Notes: generated by a model from the sequence alone, not told the origin. Shown: positions 45,073 through 58,584, counted from the stretch's first letter. The stretch: 64,000 bases of DNA from Neocallimastix sp. 'constans' (GCA_050613775.1 JBODTK010000001.1:620001-684000); one strand, 5' to 3'. A program made the numbers and translations.

Positions 45073-45411
45073 TGTATCACGAAGGGCGTTCCCCACGTTA
45101 GCTTCTTTTTGATATTATCTTTAGAGAGAAAATTATATATAATTAATGTTTTCAGTATTTTTGTTCATTTTTGTTATTGAAGAATTTCTGTATTTTTGTT
45201 AATTTTTGTTATTGAAGAATTTCTGTATTTTGGTTCATTTTTATTTTAATAAGGATTTAATTTAGTTTTGATCTTTGTTTTATTAATAGTTTATTTCAAA
45301 GGTTTAGAAAATATTGTACAGAAACTTATAATTCTGTATTTTATATCAAATATTTATTGAAATAGTTTTTATTATAGTTAATATGAAAAAAGTAAGATTT
45401 AATAATGATTA
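45073..45411 (+). repeat. Probable LTR split by Copia-2; continues 52400-52596 and is followed by a PBS-like TGGTGACACCCCG at 52604-52616
   Basis: TGTAT...ATACA inverted termini once Copia-2 is removed; TGG tract 7 nt downstream. Confidence 0.5.
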
Positions 45412-45682
45412 TGTTAAAAATAATGATTCGTCATACAATAAATAAATTAAAATAAAATATAAATTAATATAAATAATGAAATAATTTCATTGTATAAAAA
45501 AAAGTATAAATACAAAAGGATATATTTTGTTTTTAAAAAATATAGATATAACCATAATAATATATATAAAAAAAATAGAATGCGATAATAAAATATATTA
45601 AATTAAAAAACATGTCTTTAACAAAACTCTTAAATATCTTTTTAATAAAATTTGAGTGTCATCTAATTTTGTTCTTTTAACA

Positions 45683-45696
45683 GATTAAGAGTCTCA
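45683..45696 (+). promoter_or_regulatory. PBS complementary to the anticodon arm of tRNA-Lys(CUU) (half-tRNA primer)
   Basis: GATTAAGAGTCTCA is the reverse complement of TGAGA-CTCTTAA-TC. Confidence 0.75.
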
Positions 45697-46001
45697 GTCA
45701 TACCGATTGAGAATTTCATAAAAGTTAAGTTTTAAATTTTCATTATACCTGCTTATTAATAAATAAACATAAATAAATAAATATATAAACAATATCTTAC
45801 AAATACTAATTTTTTTTTATTTTTCTATTCTTTGAACATATACACATGAGAAATTACTCAATTTTGAAAATTATAAATAAACAGTAATTTTTCAAACGGA
45901 TAAGTATTGAATATTAAAAACACATAAATCATTGAAAGATAAAAATCATAAAAAAAAAAAGTAAAAAAATAATAATAAAATAAATAAAACATAGTAAAGA
46001 T

Positions 46002-46277
46002 AAGTCAACTATAATATTTAAGCTGAAGTTTAAAAGATAAAGGAAACAAAAATAAACAAATAATGTTTTTCACATTTAAGCCAAAATGCATATATAGAAA
46101 GAATAAAAAAAAAATAAAGTCAGCTCTATAATTTTAAGCTGAAGGATAAAATAAAGAAATAAATAATATCCAAGGTCAGCTATTAATGTTTAAGCTGAAG
46201 GATATAAAGTAAAAGAGTATGAAATAAAAAATATATATATAATATTTAAGGTCAGCTATAAATGTTTAAGCTGAAGG
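46002..46277 (+). repeat. Hairpin array in Copia-2 leader (4 units)
   Basis: GTCAGCT-N-AAGCTGAAG near 46003, 46119, 46174 and 46251. Confidence 0.85.
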
Positions 46278-46828
46278 TTATAAATTAAAGGAGTATGAAA
46301 TTAAACTAAAAATAGACATTTAAACAAAAAAATATAAACTTCAAATTAAATAATAAATTAAAAAGGGAAATAATAATATAAATCGTTCAATATAATAATA
46401 TTTTAATATAAATAAAAGCACTAAAAATAGAATTTTAATTATAAAATTGTTATCATTAATACTAACAATATAACGAACCAATACAATAAAATTAATCATA
46501 TAAATAATATCATTTATAATGTATATATATATATAAAAAAAAAGGTTATTTTTAATATAAATATTTATATTAAAAGTTTTATTTATATTAATTTAATTTA
46601 ACAAAAAGTCAAATGTGCAAATCAACATTCATCAATCCAATAAAAAGATTTATATTCATTATGAAAATATAAAATTTATTTATATACTTATTTATCCATA
46701 TATATAATTATATCATTCAAAATGTATAAAAAAGACAACAAGAAAACTCATATTTTATTCTCCAATTTAAAAATATATATATTGATTAAATCGTTTAAAA
46801 CAATAATTACAGTATTAATTCATTCAAA

Positions 46829-49630
46829 ATGCCAAGACCAGCTAGAGATAATAATTCTCGTCTTATAGATATCACCAATGATATCTTACCCAAAGGGATT
46901 CAATTCAACTACTCGGAAAACTTCAACAATGTATGTGAACTAACTCTAGAAAATTTCCAATATTGGAGGACCAATATCCTATATCTACTTACTATCAATA
47001 ATTTAGAAGAATATATTAGTTCCCCTGTTGTGAAGAAACTTAAAAGGCGCGATATCACGGACAATATAGAAAACTATATAATAGACAACTTTGATGGGTC
47101 CTTAGTATATGCTCCAAACACTACTAAGGAGGACATAAAGAAAGATATTCTCGTCAAGTGGATCATTACCAACAGCCTCGGCGAGAAAACAAAAGCACTA
47201 CTTAAGAGCCACAACAAAACCGCCTACCAAATGTGGCAATTTCTTCAAGAGTCTTTCACTTTAGGCGTTGAACATAAAAAGATGATCCTAAAACAAAAAC
47301 TAAATTTATTAAAGTTCAATATGGAGGATGACATTCATATTTTTATCGCAAACCTCCAAAACATGATAGAGGAATTAGAGAATATAGATTCCACAATGGC
47401 AGACAATGTAAAGGTAGGAATCTTAGCTAGGGCCCTTCCAGAAGATTTAAAATGGATCAATGTTTTTCAGTTTAATAATAATTGGAAAGAATGCTGTGCC
47501 TATGTGAAAAGACTGATTCCGGATATCGTATATTCGAGGTTAAAAGAAAAAGAGATACTAGAATTAAAGCCAAAAAACGTTTTCAACCTTCAAACCAAAA
47601 ACAACCATATCCATAATAAATTAAACCACAAATTAAGACGAAGAAGGAATGGAAGATACTTTCTTTGTGGAAAATACGGCCATTATCAAAAAGAGTGTTT
47701 CAAAAACAAAAGAAATAAAACTAAAAGGTATGGTAAAAATAAATTAAACAAAAACAAAGAAAGAAAATGTAATCCTAACCCTTCAAACAACAAACCAGTA
47801 TATTCAATAGATGCTTCTAATAATTACAAAGATAATTATCAAGAGGATTTTATAAAAGATTATAACTCGGAAAGTGCAATAGAAATTAATAGCATCGAGA
47901 CTGATAATAATTACAACAAATTAACACGAGAAATAAATAATAACAATTTCATGATTTGGATCCTCGATTCTGGTGCTTCAATAAGCACTACCAATGATAT
48001 TAATTCCCTTATCAACCTCAAAAAGTGCAACACAAATATTATACTTGCCGATGGAAAAGAAATACGTTCAAGTAATATTGGAAACTTTGTTGGTTACATA
48101 GACCAACATAAATTTATCCTAAAGGATGTTTTTTACTCAAAATTTATCAAAAGAAACCTAATATCAATAAATCAATTGATTAAACAAAATTACAAAATAA
48201 TATTCAACAACAATAATAATTCAACTCAAGCTATCATTTATAATGAAGATGGAAAAAGAATTTATAATTCAATATCGGACAACAAAAACATTTTTAAACT
48301 TTTTATCTCAAAAAACCCATCTAAATTTACATATGATAATCAAAACAATAAATATGAAATCAACAAAGTGAAAATCAACAATTATAAAATGATGAACCTG
48401 TGGCATAGACGTCTTGGCCACTATGATATTTCAAAAATTAAAGACAAATTAAGCAACATCAACATTAAAAATAACAAATGTTCCATTTGCATTAATTCAA
48501 AAATGAAAAATAAACCCTACAAACTTTCAACTAATAAAACTAATCAAATATTTGATCTAATACATTTAGATTTGGTTGGTCAGATCACACCCTCTATTAA
48601 CAATAATAAATATTTTCTATCCATCCTTGATGATTTTTCTCGCTTTGCATGGGTTATATTTTCTGAAAATAAAACAGACATATTCAACAAATTTATTATC
48701 TGGCACAACAACATATATAATACATTTAATATTAACGTCAAATCAATCAAGTCAGATAATGGTAAAGAATTTAGCAATACTAATTTCCAAACATTTTGTC
48801 AAGAGAATGGAATAATCCATAACTTCACAGTTCCATATAATCCTTCCCAAAATGGAAAAGTCGAAAGACTTAACGGTATCCTTATCTCTTCTGCAAAAGC
48901 TCTGTTAAATGAAGCGAAACTTAGTCGCCATTTTTGGGAGTACGCAGTAGATACGGCTAACTTTATCCATAATAGACTCCCTCATCAAGTCAATGAAAAC
49001 AAAGTCCCTTACGAGATACTTTACAAAAAATCCGTTAATTATAATATATTTCGTGTTTTTGGATGCCGTGTGTACTTTTATGTTCCAAAAGAACTTCGAT
49101 CGAAATTCGACAACAACGCCCATCCTGGTGTCTTTATTGGTTACTGCAATAATACTAATGCATATAAAATTTTCGATTTAATATATAACAAAATTGTTAC
49201 CGCCCGTACTGTTGAATTCATGGAAAACGAACCCGGAAATCTGCTTTTATATCACTTCCCTACCAATAATGAATTCAGGGAGAGCAGTCATATAAAATTT
49301 TTAAAACAATATCCACATAGCAATAAATCAATTTACTTAGATAATAAATCGGATATTAATATAAAATCAAAAGAAAATAAAATGAATAACAACATAGCAA
49401 ATAATAATCAAATTTTTCACATACCTGACAATACAAGAAATAATAATATGAATAATAATATTAGCAACAATATCAACAATAAAACCAAAAATAATACCGA
49501 AAATAACACCAACAATAATACCAACAATAATATCAATAACATTATCAACAACGACGACAGTAACATATACATTAATATTGACAACAAAAATAATTACAAT
49601 AATAAAAGAAAATTAAATAAACAAAATAAT
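46829..49630 (+). CDS. Copia-2 polyprotein, 5' part (Gag-PR-IN)
   Basis: WILDSGAS, WHRRLGH/CSIC, KSDNGKEF; first Cys of the knuckle replaced by Tyr; interrupted at 49631. Confidence 0.92.
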
Positions 49631-50403
49631 TGTAAAGAGTTCTATCAGAAACAGATTACAAATAGCAAATTTTAACACCAAAATAAAAAAACACGTAATA
49701 AAAATTCGTTTTTTTAAATAAAATAATCTTTATTAAAAAAAATTAAATCTCTTTTTTGTTATTAACTATCATATAGTCAATAACTAATACATCGATTTAA
49801 TTATAGAAATTTACATGTATTTATATTTTTTCATTATTACATTATAATATATTATTTCTATCTAATTTACATATATTACTATTTATTTATAAACAAAATA
49901 TTTATTAATAATTTTATTAAATAATAATTAACTAAACTAAACAATAATTAATTCAATAAACTTTCAACTTATTTACAATAATAATTAAATTCAATAACAA
50001 CTCATTTATTATATATTTATTATATAAATATTATTAATACTAATGTTTATATATTTACAATTTAAAACTATTTTTATAAACTATTTAAACTAATTTTAAC
50101 TATTTAAAACTATTCCGAAATTAATTTTAAAGTATTTTAAACTAACTAAACTAAATTAACTAAATTAACTAAATTAAATAGAATAACTATTTTAAATAAA
50201 CTAAACTAAATTAACTAACTTAAATAAATTATTTAGATTTAAGTTATTATCCAAAATTATTTAAATAATAATTTTTCCTTTATGAAAAGTTTACATAAAT
50301 TTATAATTAATTTTCATATACGTAAATCATAAATTTATGTAATTTTATTACATTAATTAATTATGTAATAATTAATTATTAAAGATTTTATTAAATCTTT
50401 ACA
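49631..50403 (-). repeat. Solo LTR, family E, inserted in Copia-2
   Basis: TGTAAAGA/TCTTTACA termini; TSD ATAAT; inverted homolog at 55123-55882. Confidence 0.95.
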
Positions 50404-50408
50404 ATAAT

Positions 50409-51992
50409 ACAATAATAAAACGAAAAAAGATTAACAATACGAAAACATCAAACTCAAAAACAAATAATCTAGTTGAACCATACAATTATAGAGATATATT
50501 CAAATTAAACGATAAAATACAATGGTTAAATTCGGTAAAAGAAGAACTAAACAATATGAGAAAACTTAATGTTTATACAATAGTAAAATCAGTACCCAAT
50601 GGATCCAACGTTATTTCATCACGTTGGGTTTTCAAATATAAGAGAGATCCAAATGGCAACATAACAAAGAGAAAGGCTAGACTCTTTGCTAAAGGATATA
50701 CTCAAGAATACGGAGTGGATTATAAGGAAACATTCGCTCCAACTCTCAAGCAAGACACAATCCGAATAATAAACGTGTTAGCCGTACAAAACAATTTTAA
50801 TATTAAACAAATCGATATTAATTCAGCGTATCTAAATGCACCATTAAAAGAAGTTATCTACATGAAGACCCCCGAAGGAGATCCCTTATACGGCAAGTCA
50901 TACTGGAAATTAAACAAGGCTCTTTACGGCTTGAAAAAAGCTGGTAAAGAGTGGAATGATAAACTAAATTCAGAACTTATAAAAATTGGATTCAAGAGAC
51001 TTAAAAGTGAACCATGTGTATATGTCAAAATAAATGAAAGAAACAAAATTGTATGTATATTATCTGTTTACGTTGACGATATACTTATAGCAGGTACAAA
51101 TAAAGATATTGATAATGTTAAAAATTCAATTAAAGAAAAATTTAATATAAAGGACATTGGAGACGTTGAATTCGTCATTGGTATTAAATTCACTAAAATA
51201 TTAAATGGATACATTCTACATCAGTCTAGATATATAAATGATATTTTTAACAAATATAACATCAGTTCCCTCCTACCAACAAAGAACCTAATCCCAATTG
51301 AAAATCCAGAATTAAGAAATAAACCTTTCGATGAAACAAAATATAGAAGTGCAGTCGGGAGCTTATTATATTTAGCAATCTGTACGCGTCCTGATATATT
51401 ATTTTCAGTCAGTAAAGCTTCTAGAAAGTCCAGTAAACCAACATTGGAAGATTGGAGCAATGTGATAAGAATATTTAGATATTTAAAATACACAAGGAAT
51501 TATGGAATTAAAATTGAAAAAGGAATGAGTTTAAAAGTTTATGTAGACGCCGACTATGCTGGTGATCCTGGCACAAGAAAATCAACATCTGGTTTTCTTA
51601 TAATGATGGGAAACACTCCAACAAGTTGGTTCTCAAAGTTACAACATTGTGTTTCCACTTCTACAACAGAAGCGGAATATTACAGCTTAAGTGAATGTGC
51701 AAAGCACACACTTTGGTATAGAAACTTTTTAAATGAACTAAATATAAAATCAAACAACATCACAATTTATGTAGATAACAAAGCAACAATTTACAATAGT
51801 GAAAATCAATCAATCAATCCAAAATCAAAACACATAGATATCCGATACCACCATGTCAGAGATTTAGTTAATAAACAACTAATAAAACTAAAATATATTA
51901 AATCCAAAGATAACTTAGCAGATGGGTTTACTAAATATTTAAACAACACTCTTATGAATAAATTTAGAGACTCTATATTATCGAAATATTAA
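50409..51992 (+). CDS. Copia-2 polyprotein, 3' part (RT-RNase H)
   Basis: In frame with the 5' part after removing the insertion and one TSD; YVDDIL, DADYAG, KHIDIRYH. Confidence 0.92.
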   Translation, partial: TIIKRKKINNTKTSNSKTNNLVEPYNYRDIFKLNDKIQWLNSVKEELNNMRKLNVYTIVKSVPNGSNVISSRWVFKYKRDPNGNITKRKARLFAKGYTQEYGVDYKETFAPTLKQDTIRIINVLAVQNNFNIKQIDINSAYLNAPLKEVIYMKTPEGDPLYGKSYWKLNKALYGLKKAGKEWNDKLNSELIKIGFKRLKSEPCVYVKINERNKIVCILSVYVDDILIAGTNKDIDNVKNSIKEKFNIKDIGDVEFVIGIKFTKILNGYILHQSRYINDIFNKYNISSLLPTKNLIPIENPELRNKPFDETKYRSAVGSLLYLAICTRPDILFSVSKASRKSSKPTLEDWSNVIRIFRYLKYTRNYGIKIEKGMSLKVYVDADYAGDPGTRKSTSGFLIMMGNTPTSWFSKLQHCVSTSTTEAEYYSLSECAKHTLWYRNFLNELNIKSNNITIYVDNKATIYNSENQSINPKSKHIDIRYHHVRDLVNKQLIKLKYIKSKDNLADGFTKYLNNTLMNKFRDSILSKY

Positions 51993-52622
51993 TATGAATT
52001 TTTTTTCTCATTTTTGAGTTTTTTTTTTAAAAAAAGTTTCATCATATTCTTTAAGTGAATGTTTAAAATCTAACTTTTTTTTCTTATTATTTAGTTTTTT
52101 TTTAGTTCGATTTTTGGGGGAATGTTAAAAATAATGATTCGTCATACAATAAATAAATTAAAATAAAATATAAATTAATATAAATAATGAAATAATTTCA
52201 TTGTATAAAAAAAAGTATAAATTCAAAAGGATATATTTTGTTTTTAAAAAATATAGATATAACTATAATAATATATATAAAAAAAAATAGAATGCGATAA
52301 TAAAATATATTAAATTAAAAAACATGTCTTTAACAAAACTCTTAAATATCTTTTTAATAAAATTTGAGTGTCATCTAATTTTATTCTTTTAACAGATTAA
52401 ATTATATTTAATTTTTAATAATAATATTTAATAATAATTTTTATTATATTTGATATTAATAAAAGAAATTTATAAGAATATTTAGAATATTTAATAGTAA
52501 TTTTTATTATATTTGATATTAATAAAATATTTTAATAATAAGATTTAATAATAATTTTTATTGTAATATTAATAAAAGTATTTAATAGGAAATACAAGGT
52601 ATTTGGTGACACCCCGTATCAA

Positions 52623-53564
52623 TGTAAGAAAATATAATTATTTCCTTTAAAATAATTATTATTTCTTAGTTCATAATAAATTATCTAATTACTATTTATT
52701 ACATTCATTAAATTAATATTAGATAATTTATTTAAATTATTATATATATATATTCATTTAATATAATTATAAGAATTTATTTAATAATAATTATTACATC
52801 CATTGATTATATTAGTAATTTATTTATTTATTCATTTAATTTTAATATATAATAATGTCATTTTATTAATATTAATTTAAAATTAATCCTGTTTTAGTAA
52901 TTTGTGGAAAAGATTGATTTTATTTTTATGAATTAGTTATTTTATTTAATTAGTAACCAATAATATTTAAATAATTAATTTTTAATCATTTTTATTGTAT
53001 TTTCTTTTATTTTATCTATTTCTATTGTACTTAATATTAGACAATCGGTATTTTAAGGTTTTTCCCGATTTTGCCAATCGGTTTTACTTAAAATATTCGA
53101 TGACCGATATGTATAGATTATCGGTCAAATCCTTGTTTAGGTTTTTCCTAAACAATTGATTTGTTAAGATTAGAAACAGATTTATTAAAATTTAAAAGTA
53201 TAAATAGAAACTCTTGAGTTCTCTTTGAGAAATTAAGAGTTATTATTATAACAAACTGTAGTAATAATAAGTCAAAATTATAAAATAAAACACTTTATAT
53301 TCCTTTCTTTATTAAATTATATCTTATCCTTTAAAAATAATGAAATAAAGTATTTTTAATTATTAATAAAATATATTATATATTTAAAATAAAACAATTT
53401 TAATTTGAACAAACTTTACGTGTATTGCCTTACTACTTTGTTGTAATAAACTCTTTTAGATAAGTATATTTAAATTCTCAATTTAATAATATTATTTAAT
53501 TATTAAATTGTAGTTAATAATTCTATTATTTAAATTTATCAATTTATTTAAAAGAATTATTACA
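52623..53564 (+). repeat. Solo LTR of a diverged family B subfamily
   Basis: TGTAAG...TTACA; TSD ATCAA; retains TATAAATA, hairpin and AAGAGTTATTAT. Confidence 0.9.
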
Positions 53565-53943
53565 ATCAATTAGTAGACTCGGGGTTGACAGTTGAATATT
53601 TAGAATCAAGCAGGGGGGATCAGAATTTTCCTGCTTTGATTTTAAAATAAAAAAAAGAAATTTTTTTGTAATAAAATTTCTTTTTATTATTTATTAATAT
53701 TTTAAAATTACTTAAAAATTACATGTTTATATTTTAAGAAATCTTTGTAATATTTATATTTTTTTGTAAATTTAACTATAATTATTTGTTTATAATTTAA
53801 ATAATTTTATAGAATTATTGAATTAATTTTATATCAATATTTAATTTTTGTTTTATTTTTATAAATATAATAATATAATATTTAAATATAATTTAATTAG
53901 AAATAATTATAAAATAAATATATAGAAAATAGATTTTACTATT

Positions 53944-54606
53944 TGTAAAGATATGATCAATATCTTTAGTACATTAATTAATTTATTTTGTACATTAAAT
54001 TATTTAATGTAATTCACGTTTACATAATAATGCTAATGCATTAATGTATGATTTATAATAATTAATAATAATTTTATATTTTTTATAATATATAAATTTA
54101 AAAATATAAGATTAATTTCTAAATAACTTAAAATTTAGTTTAGTTTAATTTTAGTTTAGTTTAATAATCATAAAAACTAAATTGTAATATATAATTAATA
54201 ATATTAATAATAAAAGAATAATAAATAAGAACTTATTCAATTTGAGTCAAAACAAATTGAATAAAAAGCTTATTGAATTAGTTTTAGTTTTTTATAACTT
54301 TATTTAATTTTAGATTAGTTTTTGTTTATTTTATATTGAATATATGTTTAAATAAATAGAAGTAGTATATTATAATATAATTAAGAAAAAATATAAATAC
54401 ATGTAAAATTATTTTATTAAAAAAAATGTAGTTGTTATTAACTATTTTGCAGTTAATAACTAATAAAAAGAATTTTTAATAAAGAGATTAAAAAAAGAAT
54501 TTTTTAATAAAATAAATTTCATTTGTGTATTATTATTGATAGTGTTTTTGTTTTTTTGTTTTTGTTTTTTTTGTAATTGTAATCTGCTCCATACGAACAC
54601 TTTACA
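53944..54606. repeat. Solo LTR, family F
   Basis: TSD CTATT; reverse complement of 42483-43213 with deletions. Confidence 0.92.
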
Positions 54607-54676
54607 CTATTTTCTTTGATATTTTTAAGTTAAATAAAATATTTTTAAAAATTAATATAATGAATTTAATAATCTT

Positions 54677-55882
54677 TGTAAAGATTTAATAAAATCTTTA
54701 ATAATTAATTATGTAATAATTAATTAATGCAATAAAATTATATAAATTTATGATTTACATATGAAAATTAATTATAAATTTATATAAACTTTTCATAAAG
54801 GATAAATTATTATTTAAATAATTTTGGATAATAAATTCAATTTAAATAATTTATTTAAGTTAGTTAATTTAGTTTAGTTTATTTAAAATAGTTATTCTAT
54901 TTAACTTAGTTAATTTAGTTTAGTTAGTTTAAAATACTTTAAAATTAATTTCTGAGTAGTATTAAATAGTTAAAAGGAATAAACGCAATAATGTGGTTGA
55001 TGATGGTGATAAAGATTTTAATGAAGAATACATTAGGCATAAATATCAACCATTTATAATTGACATTCCTTCCCGGAGATTGAACTCTATAGTTCGCAGG
55101 AGCTCAACTTAAAGGACGAGAATGTAAAGATTTAATAAAATCTTTAATAATTAATTATTACATAATTAATGTAATAAAATTACATAAATTTATGATTTAC
55201 GTATATGAAAATTAATTATAAATTTATGTAAACTTTTCATAAAGGAAAAATTATTATTTAAATAATTTTTGATAATAACTTTAATCTAAATAATTTATTT
55301 AAGTTAGTTAATTTAGTTTAGTTTATTTAAAATAGTTATTCTATTTAATTTAGTTAATTTAGTTTAGTTAATTTAAAATACTTTAAAATTAATTTCGGAA
55401 TAGTTTTAAATAGTTAAAATTAGTTTAAATAGTTTATAAAAATAGTTTTGAATTGTAAATATATAAACATTAGTATTAATAATATTTATATAATAAATAT
55501 ATAATAAATGAGTTGTTATTGAATTTAATTATTATTGTAAATAAGTTGAAAGTTTATTGAATTAATTATTGTTTAGTTTAGTTAATTATTATTTAATAAA
55601 ATTATTAATAAATATTTTGTTTATAAATAAATAGTAATATATGTAAATTAGATAGAAATAATATATTATAATGTAATAATGAAAAAATATAAATACATGT
55701 AAATTTCTATAATTAAATCGATGTATTAGTTATTGACTATATGATAGTTAATAACAAGAAGAGATTTATTTTTAAATTTAATAAAAGATTATTTATTAAA
55801 AGGAATTTTTTTTTATTACGGGTTTTTATATATATTTTGTGTATTTTGTTATTTGTAATCTGTTTCATATAAACTCTTTACA
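54677..55882 (+). mobile_element. Deleted family E element: partial LTR, short internal 3' end with PPT, complete LTR 55123-55882
   Basis: 54677-54975 repeats the start of 55123; AAAGGACGAGAA abuts TGTAAAG; truncates pol of element C. Confidence 0.75.
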
Positions 55883-57350
55883 AATATATTCTCGAGGAGG
55901 AAGACCTTCCATTTTCTTAAGTACTTTCTTAATAGATTCATTAGAAATAGCTTTTACAAAACAGACTAATTTTTCTTCATTTTCATATTGATTGTTTATA
56001 GGAGCAATTTCATCAACCGATCCATTATCATTGAATTGGCAAAGACTATAAAGAATAGGATGAATAAACAATTTATGATCTATTTGAGTTTTCAAGTTAA
56101 TAAGAATATCAAAGAAAGGATCTTCTTTATCTATAACTCTACATGTAGCAACCATATGGAAATTATTAATTTGTATAGGAATATTGATTAAATAATCTTC
56201 CGAATAATCATCATTAATAGTTGCTAGTCCGATTCTTCCACGACTGATTCCAATAGGTTCATATACAGAAGGTAACTTTCTAAGGAATTGATTAGTAATA
56301 ATATTTAAATTACTACAAGAATCAATCAATGCTTTTCCTTTGACTCCTTCAACAGTAACGTCGACCATGGCTATATCATCTTCTTTGGGTTCTTTGTTTT
56401 TACTTTTATAAGTGTGATCAAGATTATTAACTATAGTAGTAGTAGCACAAATGTTGTCAACGGCACCGGCTATCTTAATAGAATCTTTTTCTAACTTTAA
56501 ACCTTTTGAAACTTGAGATCTGATTTTTGGTGATACTTCAAATAATTCTCCAAAGGTAATATTACATTTAGTAGTATTTAAGTCTTTAATAACATTGTAA
56601 GGTAGATGATCAGCTATCATTTGGATCTTTCTTGGAACTCTAGGAATTTTGTTTCCAGGAAGTTTATTTACTTTTAGTTTTTCATTAATGAGTTTATTTA
56701 ATGTATTATTTGGAATACTATTTTCATCATTATTAGAAATAATATGATCAGTTTCATCAATATCAACAATTTCAATGGGCGAGGTGGAAGTAGATACAAG
56801 TTCTATATCACTAACCTCTTTTCCTTTTTCTTTTTCTTTTTCTTTTCTGCGATTAGATAAATCTATATCAGTAATTTCCATAGGTGATTGAGAAGTACTA
56901 GCACGTTCTTTATCACGAATTTCTTTTTCTTTATGTTTTTCGAGATTGATTAAGGGCTGTGACATTATCGAAGGATGTATCTGACTTGATGTTTGTTTTG
57001 GAGTTGGATTAGCTTTCAATTCATTTTTTTCTTCTTTCGAAAAGCTGGAGTAACAATTGGTCGAGGATTATCTCTAAGACTTTTGTGACTTTTCTTTTCT
57101 TGATTACCTTTATGATCTTTACTAATGTTATCACGCTTTCTTTTAAAAGCAGCAACCAAGTAGTCATTTTCATCTTGAATTAAGTCATCATTTTCTAAAT
57201 CACTGATGTCTTCTTCTTCGATTTCATCCTCAGATAATTCATAACTTTTTTCTTGATCTTCTATTTCTTCATGAAAGTAATCATTAGCTGAAGATTGTTG
57301 ATATTTAACGGAAGCTATTTTATTGACAATGGGAGTGCTTCTTCTCCCTT

Positions 57351-58280
57351 TTAGTGATTTAAACGTTTGTTTTCGAAGTATTCCTGACGATTCTTTTTGA
57401 TAATAGCATTAAGTTTTGGACATTCGGTTTGAAAATGACCTTCTTCACTACAAAAGAAACAGGTACTAACAGTTAAACCTTTTATTCTTTTAGTTAAGTT
57501 ATCAACAGTTGAATCTTTTTCCTTTATTTTTGAATCATTAAATACTTTTCCTTTAGATTGGTTGTTATTAAAATTTGATGATTTATAAAAATTGTTGAAA
57601 TTTGTTCTAAAATTTTCATTTATTTCTTGGTTAAAGGTAGGCATCAATCTATCTACTTTTTCAGCTATTGCAAATGCTTTATTTAAAGAAATGTCATCCT
57701 TAAGTGAAATCTTTTTCCAAGCTTCTTTATTATTTTTCAAAGAATCAGCATAATCCAATACACTAATTCTTCTTTTCCTCTTTTTATTGAGTTTTAAATA
57801 GAGTGATCGATAGCGAATGTTAAAATCTTTAACTTTTTCATACTTTTTAATTTTTAAGGAGCGAAGTTCCTTAAGCAAGACGTTTTGATCTTCTTTTTTT
57901 CCATAAAATGTTTCTAACTCATTAATAATTTCATCAAGACTTGGATAATGATTATCTTCTTCATCATCGTTATCATCGTCATCATCGTCATCACTAAAGT
58001 TTTCGCCATATTCCATATTTTGAATTACTTCTCTTGGTTCACCAGTTGAAGTTAAGATACATGCCGTAAAAATAGTTTCTGGATCATCTACATGTTGATA
58101 TCTGATCCAAAATTTTAAATCTGAAGCCCAAGATCTAATATCGAGATGTTCTTTGCTTAGTTTTTCTATGTCTTTTAATTCTTTCTTGAGTTCTCTAAAG
58201 CTAATAGCGTGATTTTTGTTTATAACAGTTGGAATTGGAACTGCAGGATTTGAAGTTGATGGAGAAGATCCTGAACTCAT
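57351..58280 (-). CDS. Gag of element C
   Basis: ATG at 58280 (MSSGSS); CFFCSEEGHFQTEC knuckle; homologous to A2 Gag. Confidence 0.9.
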   Translation of the reverse strand: MSSGSSPSTSNPAVPIPTVINKNHAISFRELKKELKDIEKLSKEHLDIRSWASDLKFWIRYQHVDDPETIFTACILTSTGEPREVIQNMEYGENFSDDDDDDDNDDEEDNHYPSLDEIINELETFYGKKEDQNVLLKELRSLKIKKYEKVKDFNIRYRSLYLKLNKKRKRRISVLDYADSLKNNKEAWKKISLKDDISLNKAFAIAEKVDRLMPTFNQEINENFRTNFNNFYKSSNFNNNQSKGKVFNDSKIKEKDSTVDNLTKRIKGLTVSTCFFCSEEGHFQTECPKLNAIIKKNRQEYFENKRLNH

Positions 58281-58435
58281 TTTAACTAATACTGAAAGTA
58301 ACAGAATAGAATTGAGCAAAATGAATGTTTGAAATAACTAATAAATAATATTGACTGAAGTAATATCAGATTTTTCTTGAAGTTAATAATTCTAGTATAA
58401 ACTAAAGTCCAATGACAGCAAAATAAACTATTGAA

Positions 58436-58584
58436 GATATAAACTAGTGTTACACTGACTCCCAAATATATCTGAAAAAGAATAATATATAGATATAAAC
58501 TAGTGTAGTGATAACCCCTAAATATATCGAAATAATAAATAATATAGATATAAACTAGTGCTTTGTCTTGCCCCTAAATATATC
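58436..58584 (-). repeat. 56-bp-period hairpin array in the leader of C
   Basis: GATATAAACTAGTG-variable-CC(C/T)AAATATATC three times; weaker fourth unit near 58392. Confidence 0.85.

Larger units (their letters stand above)
45412..52394 (+). mobile_element. Full-length Ty1/copia element Copia-2, interrupted by a solo LTR
   Basis: LTRs 45412-45682 and 52123-52394 with few differences; TSD GATTA; PPT GGGGGAA; gag-PR-IN-RT-RH. Confidence 0.96.
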
